Shown here in pieces: positions 11,010-23,677 of a DNA stretch of 64,000 nt. How positions within the stretch are numbered: the stretch's first letter is position 1; each line of letters begins with the position of its first letter. This DNA is from Psammoneis japonica (Eukaryota): contig QPGO01000193.1 of NCBI GenBank assembly GCA_008632985.1, forward strand, positions 62,001 through 126,000, read 5' to 3'. Position numbers and translations under genes: made by a program. The notes beneath the pieces were generated by a model. That model searched no databases. It saw only the letters and a list, made by a program, of their open reading frames with translations, and was not told the DNA's origin.

Positions 11010-13725
11010 TCATTGTCGAAAGCTCCACCGAACGCCCAAATCTTCCAAGCGCTTCTCATGGTCTCGTTTAAGTGTCGCCGTTTTCCTCGACCTGCGCTGC
11101 CAACTTAACCAATGTCCAAGATTCTTTCCGTCCTCCTTGTGCTTGAATGGAACATAACAACCCCCCTCGCGTTTCTTGTGTTGGACGAGAAGCTGAAACA
11201 TTTCGTCCCACTTTTCAGAAGCAACATTCCAAGAAACGCCAACGTCTTTGAGACGTTCCTCCAGAACACTGTCTAGCTTCCCGGCATTCCTCGCAGCACG
11301 CTGCCTGTTTGACCACTTTCCAAGGTTCTGTCCATCCTCTTTGTGCTCTCGTAGAACGTTGCAACCCCCCTCGCGTTCTTTACACTGAATGAGGAGTCGA
11401 AACATTGCTTCCCATCTTTCAGAACCAACATTCCAAGCAATGCCAATGTTTTTGAGACGTTCCTCAAGCGCGCTGTCGAGCTTTCCAGCTTTCCTCGTTT
11501 TACACTGCATGCTCATCCATGCTCCAAGGTTCTTGCCATCCTCTTTGTGTCTTTGTGGTGCGTCGCAACCCCCTCGCGTTTCCCACATTGGACGAGGAGT
11601 CGAAACATTGCTCCCCAATGTTCAGAAGGAACATCCCAAGCAACGTCAACGTTTTTGAGCCGTTCCTCAAGAGCACTGTTGAGCTTCCCCGCTTTTCTCA
11701 TTTTACACTGCCAGCTTGGCCACACTCCAAGGTTCTTTCCATCCTCGACATGTCTGGCTGGAACACTGCAGTCACCCTCTCTTTCTGTGCAAACCAAAAG
11801 CAATGCATGCATTTGATCCCAAAAGCTTTCGCGGTTCTTGCACTCCGTGATTGCTCGATTCATGATGTCGTTCTTCAATTCAAGCGGCATTGAGTCTGGG
11901 AGCATGAATGATTCAAGCACCCGAGAAGGAAATTCCACGTTGCACAAAGGCCTTCCGAGTCTAGCGCTCTTGTCAATTACAAACACGACATCCTCCCGCA
12001 ATTCGGGATCTAGTCCGACCATTGCATCGAGTGCCAATGTGAAAGATTCATGGCCACCTTCATCTTCCATAAATTCAGCATCACCAGTTGCAGGCAAGGG
12101 TGCCAAAACGTGTCCACGCTCTTTGCCAGGAGCCTTCTGGCTGACACGTCCAATCATTTGGCGCGCATCAACGGCACTTCAGACCGGATCTGCCATCACT
12201 GCTAACTCCCAATCTGCCTCGTCCATGCCGGTCGCCAATGCTCTGCAATTGGCGACAATTGATTTGGTTGCTCATTTTGCTCTTGACAAGATTTCTTCCC
12301 ACTTGGCAGGTGACATGTCCGAGCTGCCACTGACAGCAAATGCGGTGACATCGTCCTTTTGCGCACAAAAGCATGAGCACGGCAGTTCATGGAATGAAAC
12401 GACACAGCACTGCTCACATTGAGTTTGTGAAAAGCCACTTGAATTGCAAAATGGGAGTGGGTAGTTCTTTGAGAGTGCCCTCGGGATGGAATCATCAAGG
12501 AGCAGATCAGCAAGAACTGCGTCGATTTCATTGGCATCCAGTGCACAAAGTGTGATTGGAGCAGTGACATTTTGGTTCACGGCATCACTTGGCATCCGTT
12601 TCACGAGGCAACAAGGTTGCACTGTCAAAACTGCGGACACCAGTGGCCTTTTTGGGCTCTGAGCTTTTGTTGGGAATGAGCGTTTGCGAGCCATCCTCAC
12701 AAAGCTTGCCACTGACAATGTCAACTTGTTGTGGAGCACCCGTGTGTCAACGTGGAGCAGCAGTTAGAAACAAGTGACAATCAACTGGGATCAATGAGTC
12801 ACAGAGACCACATCCAGACAGTTTGCCAATCCCTTCCATCTCGTGCGCCTCATCAAATGCGGCAAACCCAATGGCAACACCTGGCTTCGACAGCGCCTCT
12901 CCAACCTCAGGCAATGACTTGTGAGTGCAGCCAATGAAGGACAAGCCATCATTTTTTGAGGACAGAAATGCCGCAATCTCGTCAGAAGATGTTGTGCAAT
13001 CCTCAGTGCGATTGGTCTGGCTCGCCACAATCAATCGTGAATGAGGCACGTGATCAAGCACCCCAAACTCATCCAGGTCATCCAACACTTGATCAACGAG
13101 TTTCAAAGTTGGTGTGGCACACACATGGCCGATTGAAGCATTTCTCTGCGCTTGGACCCATTCCATCCATTGCAAACTTTTTGATCGACTTGAGTGCAAG
13201 CAAAGTTTCGCCCCATCCCGGTGGCAGCTGGACGTTGGCCCGGCGACCACCTTCTGCCCTTCGAGATTTCTTGTTGTTGTGAATGTTCTTTCCACTTTTT
13301 CCTCCATCCCACTGTGCAGGCGCTCTGCAAAAGTGCCACGCAATCAAATCTGAAATGTCATCGTGACGATCATCTTGCTGTTGACACTCGTCTTGACAAT
13401 TTTCTGATGCACTTGCACTTGTTTCTGATGTTGTTTTATCTTCTGCTCTCAAACAGCTGCAACCTCTGTGTTCTTGACATCCTTTCTTGGAACGAGCTCT
13501 GTGATTGTCAAACTTGTCCCCTCCAATGTCCTCTGGGATTGCTTCGGCCTTTGCATTTGCTGCTGCATCATTCAAAGCCTTCGCTGCTGCCACCACGCTT
13601 GCTGCCTGATGCGTGGAGGCTGTCGTCACTCTTGAACGGCTTCTAAACAGCATGGATTGAAATTGAAAAGACCCACTAAACTGCTCCAGAGTGTAAACGA
13701 GAAAAATGCAGTGGCAGTTGTTCAT
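11010..13725 (-). pseudogene. SF2 (DEAH, Res-subunit-like) helicase with C-terminal HA-domain repeats, copy A
   Basis: Motifs QLPPGWGET (I), PTLKLVDQ (Ia), AAFDEAH (II), LFLTAAPR (III), QMIGRVSQ (VI), then ~4 'W..MF.LL...K.REG.C.VP..H.EDGKNLG.W...QR' repeats; several frameshifts and stops. Confidence 0.88.
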
Positions 13726-13815
13726 GGTTGGCATGTGATTGAAGGCACTGTCCCAGGCATCAATCAAGTTCAAAATTCGAAAAATGGTTGAACGCCGCAA
13801 GGCGCTTTCCACGCA

Positions 13816-16608
13816 GCAGGTTCTGAGCCAGTGCATGGGACAAGCACTTGAAATGTGTCTTCACTGCACTGCTGACATGTTGCTGCACCTTGGAAATGAA
13901 TGCGCAGGCATCACAAAAACAATGGTTGGGAAGCAGCCACTTGTGCAAGCAACCCCAAGCACCATCCACTCTGTTTTGAACAATTGTGGGACAGCACCCA
14001 CTGGAAGCACCAACAACAAGTGAGTGCATGACCAAGTGCAACAACTCATCAAAAATGGAGTTGCTTTTCAGTGCACTGCCACCTGACTGCACATTTTGAC
14101 ATCCTTTTCACAAGAGTCAAGCAAAAATGTGGGACACAAACAGTCTGTTCTCCATGTTGTTGCAGAGACTTTAGTTCTTGATGAGTTGAAGAAAATGCAA
14201 GATCTGCAACAAAGACAGCCCACTCAGCCAGAGCATCAAAACATGGTCTCTCAGGAGATTCTGAAACCAGACTTTCCTGGTGCAAAAGAAATTGATTCTG
14301 AAACCTGAAACAAGACTTTCCTGGTGCAAAAGAAGCTGCAATGCCATTGGCAAAAGTGGCAGACCATGTCGGCCAAGAAGTGCTCAATTTGCCAGAACAC
14401 ATGGTTGAATTGGAAGAGTGTCGAACAACTCATTTCATGCAAAGAGCTTTGCATTTCAAAAATGGCTTGGTGGGGATGTGATGTGGGGAGCACCATTGCC
14501 AAAGCAATTGACATCTCGCAGATGATGCAGCAATGGCTTGTAGAACCACTTGTTCACTTTCATTTGATGAGAGCCGTTTTGGCCAGTGATTGCTGCTGCA
14601 GCATTGTTGATTTTGCACATGATGTTTCATCATTCATCATTGGCTCTCCCCCCCCCCCCCCCCCCCCCCAACTTGCAATTTTGGAGCTGTCCTTTCCATG
14701 AGCAAGGGTCTGCTGTTGAGCCAAAATGCAGCACAACAGAAGCAACTCATTTGCATGAGATGTTGACAAGTCCAACTGAAGTGGCAGATGACCATCTTTG
14801 ATTCCAAGGTCAACGTCCAGCAACTTTCTTTTCTTGTTGTCATCTTTTCCACCATTGGCACTTGGTGGTTGCCTCCTCCCCATGAGGCACCCCCTTCTTT
14901 AGAAGCCAAATGTGCACCTTGGTGATGCCAATCATCAAATTCTGCACTCCAACTTGCTCTGCAACTTGTTGGACTGTCCGGGAGATCTGGTGATCCTTGT
15001 GGCTGCTTTGCAATGTCTGTTGGGGAAAAGTGATGTGTTGAACACTTTGAGAGAAATTTCTTGCAGATGGAGATCCATCTGATTGCTCTCAACCCAAGAT
15101 GGGTGAAGAAGGAATGGATCTTTCATTGACCCCACAAGAAGCAAACAAGAAGGATGCAGCATTGCAGGATGAGCTGAAACAGTGCTGCTCCGAAGACTGC
15201 AGCTTTGCTTCTGATGACTTGGGGTGTGCACACTGCTCTAGAAGAACTCGACAAGAAGGAGCTGGCATGCATGAAAGGTCAGCTGGAGTGCAAAAGATGG
15301 GAAGAAATCATGGCAGCACACCCAAAACCAATCAAAGGGGGTTTGAATGAACAAGGCATCAAAAGTTCACTGACTTGCACTGGGAAGACAAGCAATGCAA
15401 GCAATGGATCCAAAATGGCCAGAGTTGCAAATGGAAGAGCACAAGGCAAATCAACAGTCTGAGAGGGCCACAAAAAAAGCAAAGACTTTGAAGCAAAACT
15501 GAAAACCAAGGTCAATCATGATGTCTTCTTAGTTGGTCAACTGTCCATCCCCAGTTCATGTGCAAGTGTCCAATTGAGTGCAAGCAGCAACATGTTGATC
15601 CATCTGCAACTGTGCCACCCTCCCCTCTGTCCAGGGATGCCTCCTCTGCACACTCCGCATGATCATCTGATGTGCATCTGCTTGGCATGGGCCAACAGGA
15701 TTCACTCAATCCCAATCCCCTGGCCATCAGTTTTTCTAAAGCAGGGGTGCATTGACTCATTCTGGCAGCACACTTTAGATGTTGAAATGCTGCATGCTGT
15801 CCATCCAATGACTGTTCACAATTCTTCAATGACTTGTTCAGGGAATGCTTGGGGCTTTTGGATGGTTTCCTGTGACTCTTCTTGAAAGCATCAATGCATT
15901 TCCTCTCAATGGCAGACAAAAATGTAAACCATCCTTGCCCACAATCGATGGATGAAAGTGAAAATCATCATTGCTTCTTGTTTCATGCCCAGCAACAGCC
16001 TTGAACACTTGCATTCTTGCAGGCTTTGTGTTGTCCCCTGAATGCATGACCAACAGCAACTCCAGCTTTTTGGCAGGAAGGTTGGTTGCATTTTGTTGTC
16101 TGCCATCTGTCTTGGAAGGTTCAATTGTTCCATTCAATGCCAAGCACACAACATGCACACATGGCTCATTCAACACGCAAATGCTTTGTTCATGTGTGCT
16201 TTTCTCCCATTGTGGGAATTTACCCTGGCGGCTCTTCTGGATCTTCTGCTTGGCGACATCCATTTTGAAAAAAGTTTGGACATTCCAAAAAATGTTTTGC
16301 CAACTGGCATCACAACCGAGCATGTGATGTGGCATCTCGCATCCACTGCATTCCAAATCAAGCACTTGAATGATCAAAAGGTTGATTTTGGGATCAACAA
16401 GATTGACCTGCCTCTCCAGGGTCATGTTGTGCTTCGGAGCCACATTTTGCATGCTTCCGTGAGTGCCTCCATTCAACCTTGGTGCAATTGATGAACCTGA
16501 CATGTTTCATCAAATCCAAAACATGAGCATGCACTTAAATGCTGTTAGATCACATGTGCAAGGTTTGGCAGTCATTGTTGCAATGGGCACAGCACCACAA
16601 GATGATGG
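13816..16608. repeat. Dispersed repeat block, copy 2
   Basis: Collinear with 1283-4929; lacks the MITE; small internal duplication near 14257-14335. Confidence 0.9.
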
Positions 16609-16687
16609 GTTCACGTGTGGCACATTCAGCACATCAGTTCATGCCGCACTGTGCATCTTGGTTCACTGACTCATCTCGCTCTAATCG

Positions 16688-16990
16688 CCAACCCATCTTA
16701 CAAAAATCACCAACACATCTTCGGTCAGAGAACCTGTCCGGTGTGTCCTTGCATTTTTGCTGTCTTCAACAGGGGACTTGTGTGAGCAGTGCAGAGAGGC
16801 AGTGTTTTGGGCTTGGATTTTTGGGCACTCTTGGCGTGTCATGGTTTTCTGGCTCATCTTACTTCGATGGCCAACCCATCTTGCAAAAGTCGCCAATCCA
16901 TCTTGGGTCAAAAGACACGCCTGGTGCATCCTTGTGCTTTTGCTGTCTTCAACAGGGGAGGTTTGTGCAAGCAGCACAGAGAGGCAGCAG
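16688..16990. repeat. Imperfect direct repeat, 183-bp period
   Basis: CCAACCCATCTT..CAAAA..TTTTGCTGTCTTCAACAGGGGA..CAGAGAGGCAG begins at 16688 and 16871; the period is a multiple of 3, suggesting a former protein repeat. Confidence 0.75.
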
Positions 16991-19900
16991 TGTTGGGCCC
17001 AGCACTTCTCTTGGCTGCCCCTTCACTCAAGTGTCACCTGCAATCCACACAAGTGTGCCTTTTGAACCCCAAGGGCTGCAAAAACAAAGTGCCCACATGC
17101 TTGAAAACACATGCCTGCACTCTCCAGCTGTTTTTGAGCAGCATTTGTTTTTTTGCTCCCCTTGCTTGCTGCCTGTCTTCTTTCAGAATTTTCTCCCTCA
17201 ACAAGAAACAAGGCTGCACACTCAATCTCGTGGAAAATGACTCCCTTGTCAGCATTGCTGTGTCTGCCAAGCCTGCAGACTTGGTCAGCAGAAGCTGTGC
17301 ACATGCAGCACTGTTCATGCACTGTGCTTCCTTCCATTGTGATGTCCAGAGGTTTGGCTCATGAAGAGGTGCTTGCCCCCTTGTGAGTGCCTCCAGCCAG
17401 CTGCTGTGCCAGTTTTCCAGCTGCACAGCTTGCCATGCTTTCCTGTGCATTTGTGCATGTTGTCTAAACTCAAGCAAACAATGCTTGTTGCTGTCAAGCT
17501 CCAACCCAGCAATGGCAGCTTGTGTGCCATGCACTTGTGTCAGAGACAGCCCAGCATGCCACATTGACCACACAAGATGGTTTGGAGAACACCAGAGTGG
17601 GAGCACATTGTGCTCCAAATTGTGGCAGGCTCAGTCCTCAACTGTTTGAGCACTGTGCTCTTCTTTTGCAACATGTTTTTTCAATGACAGGGGGCATTGA
17701 GCATTGAGGATGACCCCCATTTCCACTGGGACCACCCACATGGCCTCAAAGTGGCTGTCCAAGGCAAGCAACAGTGATGGCAAATCCATGTGTTGCCTGC
17801 TTCCCTTCCACACTTGATTGATGCATTTGAGCAGGGTCTTGATTTGCTGGTCAGAAATGCACTTTTGATCACTCCAAACCCAATGTGGTGTGATGTGATG
17901 TGGTTGTCACAAATGGCAAACCAATTGCTTTTGCCACAACTGAGCACAACAGTGTTGGCAGAGCTCAACATTGGGGCCAAAGATGATGTGTTCTGTGCCT
18001 GCCACACCTTGTGCCATCATCGCTGGACAGTCAGTTTGCAACTTTTTTGTTGCAAAAGATGTCAATGAAGGACTGTCCTGTGCTCAGGCTGCTGATGATT
18101 TTCTGAATTGTCCCTGCAATCTGGGCTTGTTGCAGTCCCAAGTTGAGTGTTTGGACATTTGTTCTCAGCCACAGTGCTCATGATTGCAGCTGCACATGTT
18201 GACACAACTGTCCCAAATTGGTGTCATGACAGTGCCACCCAACAAGCAACAGCACAAACTGGCTGGCAAACAGTGCCCAATGCTTCTCCTTTGCCTTTGC
18301 CAAGGACAGAACATGGAAAATTTTGCCAGGGCAATGCCACACACCCAACTGCATCCACAGACAAGGTGCTCATGTGGTTTGTGCTGGTGATGCCTGCTGC
18401 TGTGTGGAATTTGAGCTGCCTGTCTGACTTGCAGCAAACACCCCTTGGCATGGCCTGTTCCAACTCCAGGTGATCTGCAATCCATCATGCAAGATGCCAG
18501 CCAAGTGTCGCATGTTTGGCACAACAAACTTCTTCAATCTTGATCATTTCAAAAATTGACAGGTGAGTGCACACAAAAATGAAAAGTTTTGTGTGCACTC
18601 ACCCTTTGATTTTGTAAAAAAATGCGCAAACAGGCCAGAGATGGACTGCACCCCCTTTTTGGACACCTGGAGCTGGCACAGGCCACACATCTCTGCACAC
18701 TGACAAAGGTGTCACAGATGGGCTGGTTGTTGCATGGGATCTGCCTTGGGTCTGCTGCTCCATCCAGTCACTTGTGCTGGATGTGTCTCTGCTGGTCAGC
18801 TTTGTTCCTCTTTGTGCCACCCACATGTTCACAATGCAAAATTGGGGCAACATGCTCTTGGCAGCATTTCCCACTGGCACAGGGAGCTCATTGTGTCATT
18901 GATGTGCTTCTCTTGCTCTGATGACTTGTTTGATGCCTCATGCATCCATTTTGGGGCAACCTGAAGCACAGCACCCCTTTCCTGCATTTGAAGGAGACAG
19001 TGTGACATGCAGCTCTCCCTCCACCACTTTTGTTTGAGCCACGCTCATGTGACATTTGACAACAAGGCATCAGGGGGTCAACCATGGAGACCAGCGCACC
19101 CTGCCAACTGCGCCAAGTGCACAAAGACTGCAAAAGCAAGCATGTTTCCCAGGAGGGCAGCAGCTCCACTGAAGCACTGCTGCTTGGGGCATTTCATGTG
19201 AAAGCCACTTCCAAGATGAGTGCTTGGGTCAGCATTGTGAGTGTTGTTAAGATCAACAGCTGCCAAAGGATTTCCCCCTGCTGCCTGCAGCTGGGGTGCT
19301 CCAACATTGTTGCCAGACAATGAACTTGTTGATGCATTTGAGCACAGAGTTCCAACAAATGCACACAGCAAAAGCGTGCAGTCCTCCAGGACTTTGATCT
19401 CTTTGCTCACATGATTGCAGCACTCACCTCATTTTGTGAATGGGTTGAGCGAGCCAAAGCTGCTGAAGGCAGATTTCAAGAGATCATTTTGAAAGCCAAT
19501 GCACCAAAGAAGAAGAGCACCTGGGAGTGAGGTTGATGAGTCACCAGCACAGCTCAAAATCCCACATGTTGCACAGTGTGAATTGCTGTGGTCGTTTGGC
19601 CAAAGAATCTTGCACCCCACTGTGTCAAGCCATCAATCAAGGGGCTCATCAATCAAATTGTTGTCAAGAATTTGAACAAGGGAAAGAAGACCAAATGCAA
19701 GGTTCTGACAAAAGATGCAAGCCAATTCAAGTTGTTGGCACTCTCAAAAGCTTCTGACAGCAAAGACAAGGAGGGGCACTGCATTGTCTGAGATGAAGGA
19801 TGGCATGACAGTCCTGAATTTTTTGCACCTTGGATGAATGTCTCAATGCCACTTTTCAATTCTCTGTGGACCTCGTGATGCATGGGCCAACCCAGAAAAT

Positions 19901-21760
19901 GGCAAAACTCAAACATGTTGCTTGTGCCAACATTGTTTGCAGCAACTTGTTCCACACCCGTGGGACAAAATTTTTTGTCCCAGCATTTTCTCCATCCATT
20001 GAACTCAAGTTAATTGTCGTTTCCATTGTTGTTTTCATGTTTGGACATGCATTTCTTGGTGCAAAAGCTGGTGTGTCATTTGAGCACAAAATGTTGATGT
20101 TCATCTTTGTCAGCAACTTCAGAAGAATGACTCAGCTCAACACATTTCAACCCCTGCTGCAGACACAAACCCATGCACAATGCAAAAGTTTGAACAGGAC
20201 AGAAGATTCCGGAAATTGTTGCTGAAAGTCACAACTCCATGGTGTCCACATGCGGCCCCAGCATGTGCGCATCTGTCTGTCTGTCACTTTTTTGCACCAT
20301 GTTGCCCTGGTCCATTCAGATGTGTCACCTCCATTTGCACAAGGCATTGATCTCTGTGCAATGTTGTCCAAACTGCAGGTCAAAAATCTGTCTGAGGGCT
20401 TGCAATGCCATCGCAGCAGACAGAGCTGCCACGGTCAAAAAAGCCCATGCTCACTTGCACTCATTTGAGTGGAAGAGATTGTCACTCATTTTGGCATTCT
20501 TCACAATTAAAAAAATTGTCTGAACAGGGCAATCACACAAAACTGCATGGGGTGGAATCTTTCCTGGATCTTTGGGCTTTCTCCATCTGCACATTGTCTC
20601 TCCAACGTGCCAGCTCCAACACACTCCTGAGCCCAAGGAACAGGAACATGCACTGAACCCACTTGATTGCCAGTTTCCACAATCAATGATGCCTCAAGAT
20701 GAATCTTGCTTGTGTTGCTTTGCATTGCTGCTCCTGCGGGTCATGGGGAGGTCACCCCCACTCTTCAGCATGGTGTCGAGGCAGCTCCATTGCCATTGAT
20801 TGGAGAGGAAAGTCATCACATGTGGCAGAGACCTGGCAAGATCATGCATGTGGCATTGTTTGCAAGTGGCAACAAAAAAGAAATGTTTGTCATCAAGTGC
20901 CACAGGATTGGCACAAGGCAAGCATGTGCAAAGTGACAGCAAAAATGAGAAAAAAGCTTGCATTGGCTGGCAATTTGATCCAAATTTTTGCCCATTTCAG
21001 AGCACTGTCTGCAGACAATTTTCTTGAACAAACTTCAATGCGTGCAGCCTCTGACATGCATCACACCCTTTGACATTGACTGAGCCAAGGCGCGGGATTG
21101 TGCCCCCCCCCCCCCCCAAGTTGTCTCCCTTGAAAGCTGTCTCCAACAATGCTTTGGTGCTTGTCGCAGGCAGGGTTTCTGATTCTTGCATGCCCCCAAG
21201 GTGAATCCATGTGACAATGTGTGCAACAGGAGTTGGACCTGGTTGCTGCTTGGATGGAACAAGAAGTGTGAACATGTTTGTCAGCAAGCAAACTGGGTGG
21301 GCCACAAGCTCAACACACGGCGATTTGGAAGACCGCTGCACTCTGTGCAGTGTTCTCTGGCACATTCTGGCAACGACATCCATGTTGCACAACAACACCT
21401 GCACAAATCATGCTCGTGTGTGCTGGCTTGGATGCAAACAGCTGCTTCTTGGATGGTCCTTCTCCACACAGAGACCAGGTCCAGTCACATTCAACATGGT
21501 CCAAAATGGCTTGTCCTGTTTTCCACCGCGCGCACGATCTCGACCGCCACGTTTCATGTCCACGTCGTGCTGTTTTCGCAATAACGTGCTTTGTGATACG
21601 GCGACGAGGCGACGACGACTCCTGCCAGTAGCTACTGCTAGCTAGAGTAGCACCAGCACATGCATCTAATGTATCACGACCGAGACGATGACGCGCCGGT
21701 TAGGAGTTCGGTTTCGACGTCCTTTGTGGGATCGAAAGCCCGCAGTCATGACGGCCTCGA

Positions 21761-22918
21761 ATGATGATGGGTGGGGGTTCGGTTCGCACCATCTTTCCAC
21801 AAACACAGCAAGTCGATCGTGTTAACCGAAGAACAATGAGAGTGGTACCTTATTCTATAAATCCGGTTCCTCCCCCGGATGATAACGCTGCGGTATCCGG
21901 CACAAATTCGGTCATACCTAAACAGTTTGGAGACTGGGAATCGAAGCTGGGAAGGGAGTTAAAAATTCCCGAGCAAAAAGAGTCTGAACCACGAGATCTT
22001 GCGAAAAAAGATTGTGTCTATTCTCCCTACGCTGCTGGATTTCTTTCCTTTGTGGCGGGATGGTCCTACTCTGACTTACATACCTTTAAAGACATTATGG
22101 AGCGTGCCGGTATTAAGGCGAAGACCTGCTACCAGATTTCCGTGAAGAACGACCCCATGTTTATCGTATCCACTACGCAGGTGATCCGCAGCGACAATGG
22201 AGAGATTGCCATTGTCTGCTTTCGCGGTACGGAGCTCACAAACACCGTCAACTGGCTGACGGACGCATCCGCCAAAACTCTCGAGTATAATCCGCCCGGT
22301 TGTCATGATGGGGAGCATCTTGATGTCCATGGTGGCTTCTTACGGAATTTCCAGGCTGTGTGGCCCGTGGTTGTCAAATGCTTGAAGTCCGACGACGACA
22401 AGAAGCCAGAGGAGGATACCATGAGGAAGCCCAAGCTAAAAGCGCTTTACATAACAGGGCGTAGTCTTGGCGGTGCAATGGCAGTTCTCGCTCCCATGAG
22501 TATCTACTACGAGAAAGATCAGCTGCTCTGGGAAAGTTTGCGGGGTGTTTACACCTACGGTCAGCCCATGGCGTTTAAGAAGGAGGGTGATGCGTTGGCA
22601 AAAGCTGCTTTTTCGCAGCCAATTTTTCGTCACGTCTACGAGAGAGACGTTGTCCCTCGTTTGCCACCGATAACCGCGGGTATCTTTGAGCACGTTGGTG
22701 CTGAACGTAAATGTACAGGGAAAGAGTGGGACGACAAAGAGGATGATTCCGCCCAGATTTATACCCTGTTTCTTGCAGCACCGTTTGCCCTGGTTGACTT
22801 TGTGTTGGAGCAACTTCCTCTCGGCAAGTGGGTGAAAATGCCATGGTCATTTGGAGATCACAGTCCCTGGGGCTACATAAACACACTTAATAAGACCGAG
22901 AAAACTGGTAGTGGATAA
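21761..22918 (+). CDS. Class 3 lipase (start may be a downstream Met)
   Basis: 'IVCFRGTE..NWLTD', 'VHGGF', 'YITGRSLGGAMA', 'VYTYGQP', 'DVVPRLPP', 'GDH'; uninterrupted 385-aa ORF. Confidence 0.9.
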   Translation: MMMGGGSVRTIFPQTQQVDRVNRRTMRVVPYSINPVPPPDDNAAVSGTNSVIPKQFGDWESKLGRELKIPEQKESEPRDLAKKDCVYSPYAAGFLSFVAGWSYSDLHTFKDIMERAGIKAKTCYQISVKNDPMFIVSTTQVIRSDNGEIAIVCFRGTELTNTVNWLTDASAKTLEYNPPGCHDGEHLDVHGGFLRNFQAVWPVVVKCLKSDDDKKPEEDTMRKPKLKALYITGRSLGGAMAVLAPMSIYYEKDQLLWESLRGVYTYGQPMAFKKEGDALAKAAFSQPIFRHVYERDVVPRLPPITAGIFEHVGAERKCTGKEWDDKEDDSAQIYTLFLAAPFALVDFVLEQLPLGKWVKMPWSFGDHSPWGYINTLNKTEKTGSG

Positions 22919-23677
22919 GGTCGAGCTGACAGCGTCGAATTGGTCGTTCGGGCTTTGCGCTCAACCATCGTCTTTACATGTTCGAGGTTGCATAAGACGT
23001 TTCTTCACTTTGTTTTCTCCCCTTTTCCGGTAAGACCAAACATCGCGGAAGCATCATAGAGGGAGAAGCTTCTATCTATTCATTACACGTGTCTTCAGGC
23101 CTCTATCTCTTTTCATGTGTTTGTATGATAACATGTCCTCATTTACATGTTTAGTTTTATCCTTGAATGCTTGACTTTGGCAGTACATTATTTATTGTAG
23201 CGGTGCAGCCTCTCGCCTTATTTATCTGACAGGAAAACTATTGAAATTCTGTTGTACAATAGCCTTTTCTACGTGCTCTAAAATCGCGAGAGAACCATCA
23301 ATGTCTGAGTGTGAATGGAGTGTCTATGGATAGCGACAAGAACCGACAAGTAGTGTTGAGGGAGCGCATGATTACTACAAGTTTTGCAGTCATTGCATTG
23401 GTTCTGAGGATGACTTGTTGGCAAAGTAAAAAATGGAGTAACTGAAATCCTCGAATCATAATAAAAAGCGGCGACTTATCGAACTGGCAACTATTGATAT
23501 TCGCTCTCCCAGCATAATCATCAGCGACTCACGTCTTTTGTTAGTATCGTCGGAACATACACGACGCAAGGGAAACAAGATTACCGTTTGTTGAGCTTTC
23601 AAAGATAGGCGACCCGACAGGGTGCTGGCATTACAAAGATTCAGTGAGGGTAGAAACAATATTTCAATTACAATGAC

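Larger units (their letters stand above)
11400..21560. repeat. TpA-depleted degenerate repeat domain II (16.6-21.5 kb also nearly CpG-free; unclassified relic)
   Basis: For example 17341-17940 has about 1 TA and essentially no CG; no recognisable intact ORF. Boundaries approximate. Confidence 0.85.
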
